Source of the DNA: a virus | Taxonomy: Duplodnaviria > Caudoviricetes | Virus record (IMG/VR): IMGVR_UViG_3300020455_000015 | Location: 2,023 to 66,022 of that record | Direction: 5' to 3' (one strand) | Length of the DNA: 64,000 bases | In this document: in pieces, positions 8,571-17,552 of the stretch | Layout: every line of letters begins with the position of its first letter | Numbering within the stretch: position 1 is the first letter of the stretch | The notes under the pieces: model-generated | What the model saw: the letters and a program-made list of their open reading frames with translations, nothing else | Told to the model about the DNA's origin: nothing | Databases searched by the model: none | Position numbers and translations under genes: made by a program

Positions 8571-9356
8571 CTATTTTATAGTGTCCAAAATATTTATTGT
8601 CGGTGACCAACCAAGTTTTTTTAATTCTGTGATATCAGCACATGTGATATCTCTTTCTCCGGGAGTATCTTCTTTAATAGGAAGATGACCCATACCCATC
8701 TTAGTGGCCAATTCAATCACTGATATAGGATTTGCTGTACCAACATCTAAGACACCAGTATAATCACTTTCTGCTAGAACTGCGATTGCTGAAACAATAT
8801 CATGAACATGAATCCAATCTCTCTTATGTCGTGTTAGATATGTTGCAGTTCTATCTTCTAACATTCTATACAACATATCTTGTCTACTCACTTTCTCTGC
8901 ATACACGTTAAAGAATCGCATACCTACGCTGTTAGGTGGTGCTTGTATTTCGTTCACTTTCTTTGTGATACCATATGCATTTATCCACCACTCATATACA
9001 GATGCAGAACTTGCATATAAACATCTAACATTATTATCTCTACAATACTCAAATATAGGTTTTGACTTGACTACATTATTTTCCCAAAATGCATCAGGAT
9101 TTGCAATTGCTTCTCTGATAGCAGCATTTGCTGCTAGATGAACCACTAAATCATACTTCTTTTTTGTTTTAAAATTACCAATATCATTTGGTATATCAAA
9201 ACCATCAACATCATGTCCTTGAGCCACAAAATACTGATAAACATGACTTCCAATAAAACCAAGATGTCCAGTAACTAAAATTTTCTTACGAGAAAAACCA
9301 ACATTATCAATATCTGGTTTTGAATTTGGAATTGTAAAAGGAGTGTTTAGTTTCAT
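8571..9356 (-). CDS. NAD-dependent epimerase/dehydratase (extended SDR)
   Basis: ILVTGHLGFIGS, HLAA, YASSASVY, YGITK (YxxxK), RFFNVY, RDWIHVHD. Confidence 0.92.
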   Translation of the reverse strand: MKLNTPFTIPNSKPDIDNVGFSRKKILVTGHLGFIGSHVYQYFVAQGHDVDGFDIPNDIGNFKTKKKYDLVVHLAANAAIREAIANPDAFWENNVVKSKPIFEYCRDNNVRCLYASSASVYEWWINAYGITKKVNEIQAPPNSVGMRFFNVYAEKVSRQDMLYRMLEDRTATYLTRHKRDWIHVHDIVSAIAVLAESDYTGVLDVGTANPISVIELATKMGMGHLPIKEDTPGERDITCADITELKKLGWSPTINILDTIK

Positions 9357-9703
9357 TGTGCCCCCATGTCATTGAAAAATAATTTATCAGACCATGCTTT
9401 ATCATCTATAAAATAATCTGCATGTGGTTTACCCATGATTAATTCATGATATTTAACTCCCCATTCTTTAAGTTGATTTTGAGTCAACTCAAATAGAACT
9501 CCTTCTGCTTTTACAGATGCAATGGAATGAGGTTCATCAGAGAATCTACCCATAGCTCTTGCAGTAAAGTAGATAATGTAATGACCTTCATCATAAAGTT
9601 TGTTTAGAACCTTAATTCTATCATACCAAGGTTGTGCTTTGTGGTAGTCTCTACCAATTGTTGGGGTACATATTGTACCATCGATGTCTATACAATATCT
9701 CAT
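9353..9703 (-). CDS. Small HAD-superfamily phosphatase
   Basis: DIDGT motif I, FTAR, GKP..DYFIDDK. Confidence 0.85.
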   Translation of the reverse strand: MRYCIDIDGTICTPTIGRDYHKAQPWYDRIKVLNKLYDEGHYIIYFTARAMGRFSDEPHSIASVKAEGVLFELTQNQLKEWGVKYHELIMGKPHADYFIDDKAWSDKLFFNDMGAQ

Positions 9704-11412
9704 GATACTATTCTACTGAATCCACGAACTTTGTCAAACTTAATCATATTCTCAAACTTATCATGTAAGTCTGATTTGTGCGATATTACAAAGATGTTTG
9801 CATCTTTAATTATAAAACGAATAATCTTCATAAATTCATCCACACCAAAACCATCAAGAGAACTGTCAAATACTTCATCCATAATTAATAGATTTGTATT
9901 GACAGAGTTCTTTACTCTGGCCACTTCTCTCCATGTAAATAGAAGTGCTAAATCAATTCTCATCTTTTCACCTTCACTAAATGAAGCATATGAAAAATCT
10001 TCATGAATCGGTGACTCTATAGTTTCACTAAACTCTTCATTCAATTTAAAATTGATATAGAAGTCCATCATCTGCAAGTAACGATTTACTTGCTGATTAA
10101 TTAATGGCAAATATTTTTTGATTATCTTCGTCTTAACACCATCATCTTTAAGAAGTGAATATGCAAAATCATGATGTACAATATCCTGATTCTTCTCAGA
10201 TGACTCATCTATAGTTTTTTGAAGATTCTCCTTAAACTCTGCTAGTTTCTCATGCTCAATATTTCTGTTTTTAAGTTGCTCGGTAAATTTTTGTACTTCC
10301 GATTCCAAATCTCTGATCTGTCGTTGGCATCCAGAAATTCGAGTATTGTTTTGAGAAATGTCATTGTTGAGTTTAGAAATCTCCTTTGTGAGTGTGGTAA
10401 ACTGATGCTCTCGGTTTTCTTCGTTTTTAATTGCCTCTTCTAGTTCCTTATAACCAGATTGCAACTCCTTTGCTTTATCTTGAGCATCAGCAATTCTATT
10501 TAACCTAAACGATTCTTCTATATCCTGATCACATGTAGGACATACCGTATTGTCTGTGAAAAACTTATGTTCTTTGGTAATAGTAGATACTTTATTAGAT
10601 ATTTTACCTTTCAAATTATTTAATTTTCTTAACTTTTTATCTGCACCTGCAACTCCTTCTTGCTGCTTAGATAAGTCAAAAACTTCATTTCCTAGCTCTC
10701 CATTAATTAATACATAATTATCAGTTTCAGAAAATAATTCTGTAATCTTTTCTTTCTTCTCTTTAATATCTTCTTTACTACGATTCTCTATTTCCTTGAT
10801 AAACTTAGACTGCATTTGTATTTTGTCAGTTAAAGTTTCCTTCTTTAGATTAAGTGATCTAATTTTTTCTTTCTTCTCTCTTATACTTTCTTTTAAAAGA
10901 TTATTCATATACGAGAAGATACGAATATCTAAAAGATCTTCAATCACATCTCTTCTATTAGGTGCACTCAGTTGCATGAAAGGAACAAACGTGCTACTAC
11001 CCAATATGATTATTTGAGTGAATGACTTGTAATTTACTTTCAGTATATTCTCTTCAAGTATCCTCTGATTTGATCGGTCATCAGCCTCACGATGCAATGC
11101 TGTACCATTTACTTCAATATCAAAAGTATTTGGTTTGATACCTCTACGAATCAAATACTCCTTTGCATTTACATCAAACTCAATCTCAACTAATGTTCCC
11201 TTTTCATTTGTAGTATTAATTAGTTGTGATTTATTAATTTTACGAAATGGTTTGTTAAACAGCACAAAAGTCAGGGCATCTAACATTGTAGACTTACCTG
11301 ACCCATTGGTTCCGATTATTAAATTTGTATGGTGTTTTAAAAAATCAACCTCTGTCCAGTGATCACCTGTTGACAGAAAATTTTTCCATCTAATTTTCTT
11401 GAATCTTATCAT
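9700..11412 (-). CDS. g46: Recombination endonuclease subunit gp46 (Rad50/SbcC-like)
   Basis: GTNGSGKS, CPTC zinc hook, FSEGEKMRIDLALL, MDEVFDSSLD. Confidence 0.97.
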   Translation of the reverse strand: MIRFKKIRWKNFLSTGDHWTEVDFLKHHTNLIIGTNGSGKSTMLDALTFVLFNKPFRKINKSQLINTTNEKGTLVEIEFDVNAKEYLIRRGIKPNTFDIEVNGTALHREADDRSNQRILEENILKVNYKSFTQIIILGSSTFVPFMQLSAPNRRDVIEDLLDIRIFSYMNNLLKESIREKKEKIRSLNLKKETLTDKIQMQSKFIKEIENRSKEDIKEKKEKITELFSETDNYVLINGELGNEVFDLSKQQEGVAGADKKLRKLNNLKGKISNKVSTITKEHKFFTDNTVCPTCDQDIEESFRLNRIADAQDKAKELQSGYKELEEAIKNEENREHQFTTLTKEISKLNNDISQNNTRISGCQRQIRDLESEVQKFTEQLKNRNIEHEKLAEFKENLQKTIDESSEKNQDIVHHDFAYSLLKDDGVKTKIIKKYLPLINQQVNRYLQMMDFYINFKLNEEFSETIESPIHEDFSYASFSEGEKMRIDLALLFTWREVARVKNSVNTNLLIMDEVFDSSLDGFGVDEFMKIIRFIIKDANIFVISHKSDLHDKFENMIKFDKVRGFSRIVS

Positions 11413-11677
11413 TACTAATTGGAATCACAAGGTCATCAGGAGTGATGACAGCATACTTATAATTATACATGTTACACGTCTTTATGGCAAGGGCATCATC
11501 AACTTCTATAACTTCTAGTTTCTTTTTCTTATCAGAATGCTCTTGATCCTCTAACATCATAGCATATCTTTCAGCATCGTCTTCTTCCACAAACAAAAAC
11601 AGAACTTTATCACCATCCGTGTCTTGAACAGCAAATGCTCCATCATCCTTTCGGTGTTTAAGTGTAAGAAGAAACAT
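11390..11677 (-). CDS. Conserved cyanophage hypothetical protein
   Basis: LFLFVEEDDAERYAMML; lies between g47 and g46. Confidence 0.8.
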   Translation of the reverse strand: MFLLTLKHRKDDGAFAVQDTDGDKVLFLFVEEDDAERYAMMLEDQEHSDKKKKLEVIEVDDALAIKTCNMYNYKYAVITPDDLVIPISNDKIQEN

Positions 11678-12711
11678 TACCCTACCTCGCAGGCTTGTCG
11701 ATATAGATCCCTAAAAATGTTTTTTACAATACTCTTGTCAAACTCCATCTCAGCTTCATCAATATAGCGATTCAATATTGAGATAGTATTTTCATCTTCA
11801 TCAACTTCAAATTCCTCATTTTCAAGAATAGCAAAATTCTCAATAATCTTTAAATCTTGAACACCTGCATTATATAACTTGTCAATAAACTTTTCAAATT
11901 CTTTTGGATCCGACTTTTTACGAACAATAACTTTTACAATTTTATTTTCATACTGACTGGTGTTAAAGATACGATGATTAGTATCTTCATAGTAAACATT
12001 ATAAAACAATTTATAAGGATTATTAATTTCAATTAATTCAAGAGTTTCAGTGTCAAAGATATGAAATCCTCTCTTATCATTTACATCATTCCAAAACATC
12101 TCATAAGGATTACCAAGGTAGAATATCTTTCCATCATTTGATCTTGTGTGAAAATGCCCTGAGAATACAGTGTCAAACTTATCAAAGACATTTACATCCA
12201 TACCATCTTCCATCATATGTCCACGAGTAGCTTTGAATCCATTTAATTCAAGATGACCCATTGCAACTCTTGACTTAGATGATTTAATAGCATTTAAAGT
12301 GTGATCATAATTTTCTGTAGTAATCCAAGGAAGTAATAATATATCCAATCCATCTACTTGAATCTCTTTCGCACTTGAGTATATCTCCCAATTTGTATGA
12401 GATGTAAGAAGTAACTCAGGTGAGTTTACAAAGTTTGTATTTTTATAATATGCATCATGGTTTCCTGTTGCTGCATATACCTTATACTTCTTCAATGGTT
12501 CAAAGACAACACGGTTTGACCATTCAAGTGTTTGCAAATCAATAGCCTTACGACTATCAAATACATCACCCATATGAATGACAGTATCAATTCCATATTC
12601 TTCCATTTTTGGAAAGAACACATCTTTGTAAAAGAGTTCAAAGTAATCATGCAGATACTTAGATCCCTTTCGTGCACCGAAATGAGTATCCGTTATAATT
12701 GCTACTTTCAT
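11677..12711 (-). CDS. g47: Recombination endonuclease subunit gp47 (Mre11/SbcD-like)
   Basis: DTHFG, GDVFD, GNHD, GHLE and SGHFH metallophosphoesterase motifs. Confidence 0.97.
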   Translation of the reverse strand: MKVAIITDTHFGARKGSKYLHDYFELFYKDVFFPKMEEYGIDTVIHMGDVFDSRKAIDLQTLEWSNRVVFEPLKKYKVYAATGNHDAYYKNTNFVNSPELLLTSHTNWEIYSSAKEIQVDGLDILLLPWITTENYDHTLNAIKSSKSRVAMGHLELNGFKATRGHMMEDGMDVNVFDKFDTVFSGHFHTRSNDGKIFYLGNPYEMFWNDVNDKRGFHIFDTETLELIEINNPYKLFYNVYYEDTNHRIFNTSQYENKIVKVIVRKKSDPKEFEKFIDKLYNAGVQDLKIIENFAILENEEFEVDEDENTISILNRYIDEAEMEFDKSIVKNIFRDLYRQACEVG

Positions 12712-13049
12712 TTTTTCTTACGTACTGGTACTTCAATTGTCCATGATGGTGATTCTAATTTTACCATCTTAAATTGCTGTCTGTTCTTTTCAAAAGTAGC
12801 AGCAGGTTCATTACCAGCAGTCTCACCATAATGAGAATCCCAAATTTCTGGATGCTCATGATTGTCAAAAAACTCTAAGATGGACTCATCAACCATGAAA
12901 TATAGATTATCCCATGTCAAAGTTCTACGCAAAGTTTCTGCCAGATAATCAATTTGATTTGGACTCATACTCTGTTTAAGAAACTTTGCCCTACACTCAA
13001 CCAGTTCATTCAGATCAATTGTGATCTTTACATCATTGTAGATAGCCAT
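12708..13049 (-). CDS. Hypothetical protein
   Basis: ORF between g55 and g47; start MAIYND at 13049 avoids overlap with g55. Confidence 0.7.
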   Translation of the reverse strand: MAIYNDVKITIDLNELVECRAKFLKQSMSPNQIDYLAETLRRTLTWDNLYFMVDESILEFFDNHEHPEIWDSHYGETAGNEPAATFEKNRQQFKMVKLESPSWTIEVPVRKKK

Positions 13050-13050
13050 G

Positions 13051-13527
13051 TTATCTGTTTTTCTTTTGTGCAATGTTATCTTTAATCGTATTATACTCGG
13101 ACATTGCTCCCGTCAATGCACCAGGCTCAACGTGCATTACTTCATCATAACCTGTCTTCTCAATAATTTTATTCTTAATATCTAACTGCTTTTTCTCTTT
13201 TTGAATACGTCTTAAAAATGCATAGTGTATGATCTGAGTAAAATATGCAAAAGGATTGCGAGATTTCTCTGGATCAAAATTATGAATGTATTGAACACAG
13301 TTTTCAATTCCGTCAGATATCATATCATCACGGAACATATAATTCACAAAGTTTGGTTTATATGATAGATGAGTTGCTATCTTAAGAAAGCATTCTCCAA
13401 GATAGTTTGTAATTCTTGGCTTTGGCAATCCTTTTTCTTTAGCAACAGCGACTTTTGATCGATATACTATCAATGCCTCAAGTAGTTCTTTGTTATTTAC
13501 ATAATGTTCAGACTTCTTTCTTGGCAT
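13051..13527 (-). CDS. g55: Late-transcription sigma factor gp55
   Basis: HYVNNKELL, PNFVNYMFRDDMISDGIENC, NPFAYFTQIIHYAFLRRIQKEK. Confidence 0.97.
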   Translation of the reverse strand: MPRKKSEHYVNNKELLEALIVYRSKVAVAKEKGLPKPRITNYLGECFLKIATHLSYKPNFVNYMFRDDMISDGIENCVQYIHNFDPEKSRNPFAYFTQIIHYAFLRRIQKEKKQLDIKNKIIEKTGYDEVMHVEPGALTGAMSEYNTIKDNIAQKKNR

Positions 13528-13551
13528 AACTTATTTGTCTTAACTGTTCTT

Positions 13552-13579
13552 ATTATAACACATTTTTGTCAGGTGACAA
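13552..13579 (-). promoter_or_regulatory. Sigma70-like promoter for g55
   Basis: TTGTCA-N16-TATAAT with extended -10 TGn. Confidence 0.65.
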
Positions 13580-13587
13580 GGTGATGC

Positions 13588-13616
13588 TTGACAAGACCCC
13601 TAAAACTATGTACAAT
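13588..13616 (+). promoter_or_regulatory. Divergent sigma70-like promoter, antisense to the uvsW operon
   Basis: TTGACA-N17-TACAAT, one mismatch to consensus. Confidence 0.6.
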
Positions 13617-13642
13617 AACCTTTGTGAGGTTTGGAAGGGGTA

Positions 13643-14101
13643 TTAGCTTTCTTTCGTATCTTTAGTATCCTTTATATCTTCTTTAAATATTTTTTCAAGG
13701 GATTCTCTTTTTTGTTCAACACTAGAGACATATCCTAAGTCTGTTGATAATTTTACTTTTCCTGTATTTAATTTAGGTTTAAATATTTCAACTCCACCAG
13801 AGTTTTGTTCGTCTTCAACATACTGTTTGTATATTGCAATTAGTTTTTTATCACGACATTCAATCATTGTGATTACTTTATCCATTTTTAATACATACAT
13901 GTCTTCAGTTGTCATCTCCATCCAAGGAGTGACTTTTATATAATTAAGTTGACTTGCATTACCTACATGAGGTATAGGAGTCATTTTGATTGGATTATGC
14001 AAGACTAGAATAGGATCATCCTCACTTTCATCTACACAAACGAGTGCGAAGATTTCTTCACCAGAAACAAGTTTTAAGATGCTGAAAAATTCGTCTCTCA
14101 T
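13643..14101 (-). CDS. Conserved T4-like hypothetical protein (Sm-like fold likely)
   Basis: ILKLVSGEEIFA...NPI...PWM; start at 14101 follows the uvsW stop. Confidence 0.8.
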   Translation of the reverse strand: MRDEFFSILKLVSGEEIFALVCVDESEDDPILVLHNPIKMTPIPHVGNASQLNYIKVTPWMEMTTEDMYVLKMDKVITMIECRDKKLIAIYKQYVEDEQNSGGVEIFKPKLNTGKVKLSTDLGYVSSVEQKRESLEKIFKEDIKDTKDTKES

Positions 14102-14102
14102 A

Positions 14103-15566
14103 TTATTTTTTGAGTGAAATGTTGATGATGTCATAATTAAAGTTTTCTTCATTGTAGATTTTAATTCTTTCTACAAGATGATTCAAAGTGTAGTTTCTTC
14201 TTGATTTGTATGTAATGTCATCTGCAATATCATACAAAGTGGCTTTAACTTTGTTGTTACCTTTTCTCAGGACTCTTCCAATTGATTGTAGATTCCGTAT
14301 TCGAGATTTAGACGGTGATGCAAAAATAACGTTATGTAAATTTTTAATGTTAATTCCTGTGGAGAAAGTCCCATAAGATGCAACTATTATAGCATTAATT
14401 TCGGATTCAGTGATTGACCGAACATTTTCACGATTTTCAGCATCCACTCCTCCGTGGACAAAAAAAGTTTGACGCTGTTCGAGTACATTACTATTTATTA
14501 AATCATAAAGAACTCTTCCATGGCCCTCAACTCTTGAATATAAAATCAATGTATTTCCCTTTAGATCTAATGTAAGATTTCTTATGAATTTATTTCTCTG
14601 TTCATTATTGATAATGTATTGAACTTCATCCTCAAATGTTTCAAACTTTTGTGGAGAATGTTTTAGTAGTAATATATTAATATCAAGTTTTGCAACATGA
14701 CCTTTGGTCATGAGGTCTTTAGTTCCTATAATTTTATATGAAGGGCCAAATAATCCTTCTAAAACCCACTTATGTGTTTGCGTTCCATCAAGTGTGCCAG
14801 TAAATCCAAATCTATATTTGGCCTTGTGAAGTTTTGTCATTATAGATATAAGTGATTTACTTTTGAACTGGTGCGCTTCATCCCCAATTACAACAGAGAA
14901 TCTCTCAAAATACTTTCTGGGGAGTTTATAGATTGATTGCCAAGTAGTAATTATGACCTGAGAGTCCGTCTCTCTTTCTTTACCAGCGTATATCTTATGG
15001 CAAAATGAACCTACATCCCACCCATAATCCGCAAAATCTTTATACATTTGCTCTACTAGCGAAGTCGTCGGAACAACTATCAGAGTATTTTGCTTCCGTT
15101 CAACGTAATATCTCACAATCGAATATATCATCAGAGACTTTCCTGAAGCAGTTGGGGATATCAACAACTTTCTATTATGTCTTAAAGCGTCGTATACTCC
15201 CTCTACTTGATAATCACGAGGAACATACTTGCAAATAGATTTCATATAATCTTTAACACCCTCATATGAGATATGCTCATTGACTTCAAAAGGTGTGCCA
15301 AAGAATTTATTATCTACAAACTCGTAAGTATATTCGTGATCGTCACAAAACTTTTGTATCTTATCCAGTAGTCCAACGTAGATTTCTCCGTTCTTTACGT
15401 TGAATAGACGGATCTTACCATCCCAATACTTATTACGGTATTGAGGCATGAATTTAGCTCCCGGAATCTCAAAGGTAAATTGATCAGATAACTCGTAGTA
15501 TACATGCGGATCTGATTCTACCTGAAGGAAAACTTCATTCTTTTTTGATATACTCAAATGAGACAT
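14103..15566 (-). CDS. uvsW: RNA-DNA and DNA-DNA helicase UvsW
   Basis: SPTASGKS, DEAH, TGT, QSIGRVLR; start MSHL at 15566. Confidence 0.97.
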   Translation of the reverse strand: MSHLSISKKNEVFLQVESDPHVYYELSDQFTFEIPGAKFMPQYRNKYWDGKIRLFNVKNGEIYVGLLDKIQKFCDDHEYTYEFVDNKFFGTPFEVNEHISYEGVKDYMKSICKYVPRDYQVEGVYDALRHNRKLLISPTASGKSLMIYSIVRYYVERKQNTLIVVPTTSLVEQMYKDFADYGWDVGSFCHKIYAGKERETDSQVIITTWQSIYKLPRKYFERFSVVIGDEAHQFKSKSLISIMTKLHKAKYRFGFTGTLDGTQTHKWVLEGLFGPSYKIIGTKDLMTKGHVAKLDINILLLKHSPQKFETFEDEVQYIINNEQRNKFIRNLTLDLKGNTLILYSRVEGHGRVLYDLINSNVLEQRQTFFVHGGVDAENRENVRSITESEINAIIVASYGTFSTGINIKNLHNVIFASPSKSRIRNLQSIGRVLRKGNNKVKATLYDIADDITYKSRRNYTLNHLVERIKIYNEENFNYDIINISLKK

Positions 15567-15588
15567 AAAATAGTGTTCATTCACAGAT

Positions 15589-15608
15589 ATTTAGTGAGCT
15601 CACTAAAT
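15589..15608. repeat. Perfect 20-bp palindrome between divergent late-promoter cores
   Basis: ATTTAGTGAGCTCACTAAAT; CTAAATA on minus (15588-15594) and on plus (15610-15616). Confidence 0.8.
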
Positions 15609-15636
15609 GCTAAATAATGCAGTTTAGCCTAAAATA

Positions 15637-16440
15637 ATGACAAGTCTCATTGACCCGAAAAAGTATACAAAGACCGTTGACCTATTAAGGTCATTTTTTT
15701 TGTCTAAAGGTTTTTTTGAAGTTCATACTCAGAACCGTTTAAGTATACTTGCTGCATGCGAAGATCCTGAAACTGTAGCAACATATGAATATAATGGACA
15801 AGTTTGGCCACTTCCACAAACAGGACAGATGTGGTTGGAATATGAATTACTCAAGAATCCAGAAGCACCCGGTTTCTTTTGTGTCTCCACCTCATATCGT
15901 CAAGAACCAAATCCAGTAGAAGGAAGACATGAAGTAATCTTCCCAATGTTTGAGTTTGAAATGCACGGTGGTGTGGAAGAACTTGAGAAAATGGAGATGG
16001 AATTATGCAAGTATGTAGGTGTTCCTTTACAAGAATATGATGTTAAAAAATATGAGCATTGGGCAGGAGCATTTAAGACCAAAGAATTAGATCATGATCA
16101 TGAGAAATCAATTGGTCGTGGTATGATTACACATTTCCCTGAGTGGACATCACCATTCTGGAATATGGCAAGAAATGATGATGGTGAAACCAGTAAGAAG
16201 ATTGATGTAATCTTAAATGGTATGGAAACTATTGGTTCTGCGGAACGTAGCACCGATAAGAAACAGATGCGTGATACATTCCATACTATCTCTGATGGGC
16301 AATATGCTGACTTACTTTACAAATTATTTGGTAAGGAAAGAGTTGAGAAAGAACTAGAAGAGTTCCTTGAGTTTGATTTCTTTCCTAGAAGTGGAGGAGG
16401 AATCGGTGTAACACGTATCATGCAAGCAATCCCTGATTAA
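15637..16440 (+). CDS. Class IIb (Asp/Asn-type) aminoacyl-tRNA synthetase-like catalytic domain lacking the anticodon-binding OB fold
   Basis: Motif 1 RSFFLSKGFFEVHT; LPQTGQMWLE; motif 2 SYRQEPNPVEGRHEVIFPMFEFE; IDVILNGMETIGSAER; motif 3 PRSGGGIGVTRI; only 267 aa, motif 1 near residue 18. Confidence 0.9.
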   Translation: MTSLIDPKKYTKTVDLLRSFFLSKGFFEVHTQNRLSILAACEDPETVATYEYNGQVWPLPQTGQMWLEYELLKNPEAPGFFCVSTSYRQEPNPVEGRHEVIFPMFEFEMHGGVEELEKMEMELCKYVGVPLQEYDVKKYEHWAGAFKTKELDHDHEKSIGRGMITHFPEWTSPFWNMARNDDGETSKKIDVILNGMETIGSAERSTDKKQMRDTFHTISDGQYADLLYKLFGKERVEKELEEFLEFDFFPRSGGGIGVTRIMQAIPD

Positions 16441-16452
16441 CTTCAGGGTCAA

Positions 16453-16548
16453 TGTAGAGTGGTGAAATTGGTAAACACAGGAGACTGTTTCTCTCCCGAT
16501 CAATCATTAGCTTGGTAGGTCTTGCACGTTCGAGTCGTGCCTCTACAG
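16453..16548 (+). tRNA. Non-canonical tRNA with GTT (Asn) anticodon and long variable arm; CCA not encoded
   Basis: Acceptor TGTAGAG/CTCTACA plus G73; D arm GTG-AAATTGGTAAA-CAC; anticodon arm GGAGA-CTGTTTC-TCTCC; 27-nt variable arm; T arm GCACG-TTCGAGT-CGTGC. Confidence 0.9.
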
Positions 16549-16566
16549 TTTAAAAAATATATTTAT

Positions 16567-16995
16567 TTAAAATCCAGATTGAAATTTCTGCCACTCAATG
16601 GCATTCTTAATTTGGTATGTACGACCAGATATATTTCTGATTATCTCTTCTAAAAATTTAAGAGTCACATCATAATATCTAATCTTCATGTCACTCTGAT
16701 TAAGTCTTTCATCAGCATCTAGATGCCTCTGTATTGCGTCCTTTTCTCTAACTTTGTATGGAAATGGGTCTTCGGCATATACTTCTGCAGTTGCCTTTCC
16801 TGTGTAGTAATTATGTCTCTCTAATTTAATTTTATTATATGTCTCTCTTGCTTTCTCACGCATCAAACTAATCGTATTATAGATTGTATAATACTTTGAA
16901 TGTAATTGAGGTATTTTTAATGACTCATCATGTAGATTATCAGGATCAATGACAGCATCACGCTCCCACATCTCCTGAATTTTTTCAAGATTCAT
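16567..16995 (-). CDS. uvsY: Recombination mediator UvsY
   Basis: IPQLHSKY...YYTGKA...RTYQIKNAIEWQKF; T4-like synteny. Confidence 0.93.
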   Translation of the reverse strand: MNLEKIQEMWERDAVIDPDNLHDESLKIPQLHSKYYTIYNTISLMREKARETYNKIKLERHNYYTGKATAEVYAEDPFPYKVREKDAIQRHLDADERLNQSDMKIRYYDVTLKFLEEIIRNISGRTYQIKNAIEWQKFQSGF

Positions 16996-17552
16996 AAAGG
17001 TTTGCCAGTCGTATCAGTTAGTGTGTATATAGTATAGCGGAAAACAGCCTGTGCTGTAAAGTATTGTATATCTGATTCTGTAGCATCAAATGTTAGAGAT
17101 GTTAAGGATACGGGAAATAAGTCTTGAAATTTTACTATAGCAACATCACGATAATTACTATTCAAGATACGTAGAGATCCATCACAAAATTGTTCTTCCA
17201 AATCACGAATACCATCAGAATCTGTAGTTTTATTGACAAATTGTTGTGGTGTTTCTGGAAAACCTAATCCTGTTAACCAATTATGAACTGCTGCATAATT
17301 TTCCATATTCTCATCAACTAAGAATCGAATATCTAAATCTCCATAAGTTAATTTTTCACCGGGGACATCAATAAACTTTAAGTATGATGGTTGTTGAAAT
17401 GTTCCTAATGTGATATCTGGTATTGAAGCAGAGTTGCAGAAGAAATCTATCTTGGGAAATTTAGATAAAATAAATTTAAACCCAATCGGTGAAAGATAAT
17501 TACGATTTGCAATTTGACCTGCTAAAGGGCCACGATTTGTAGATGATGTCAT
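16992..17552 (-). CDS. g3: Tail tube terminator / tail completion protein gp3
   Basis: NYLSPIGFKF, PGEKLTYGDLDIRFLVDENMENY, FPVSL. Confidence 0.88.
   Translation of the reverse strand: MTSSTNRGPLAGQIANRNYLSPIGFKFILSKFPKIDFFCNSASIPDITLGTFQQPSYLKFIDVPGEKLTYGDLDIRFLVDENMENYAAVHNWLTGLGFPETPQQFVNKTTDSDGIRDLEEQFCDGSLRILNSNYRDVAIVKFQDLFPVSLTSLTFDATESDIQYFTAQAVFRYTIYTLTDTTGKPL

Noticed and set aside
16453-16548. Selenocysteine tRNA, tmRNA fragment or intron-containing tRNA
   Set aside because: The anticodon is GTT, not TCA, and the acceptor/T stems are 7/5. The extra sequence lies in the variable-arm position, not in the anticodon loop. A complete anticodon arm is present.
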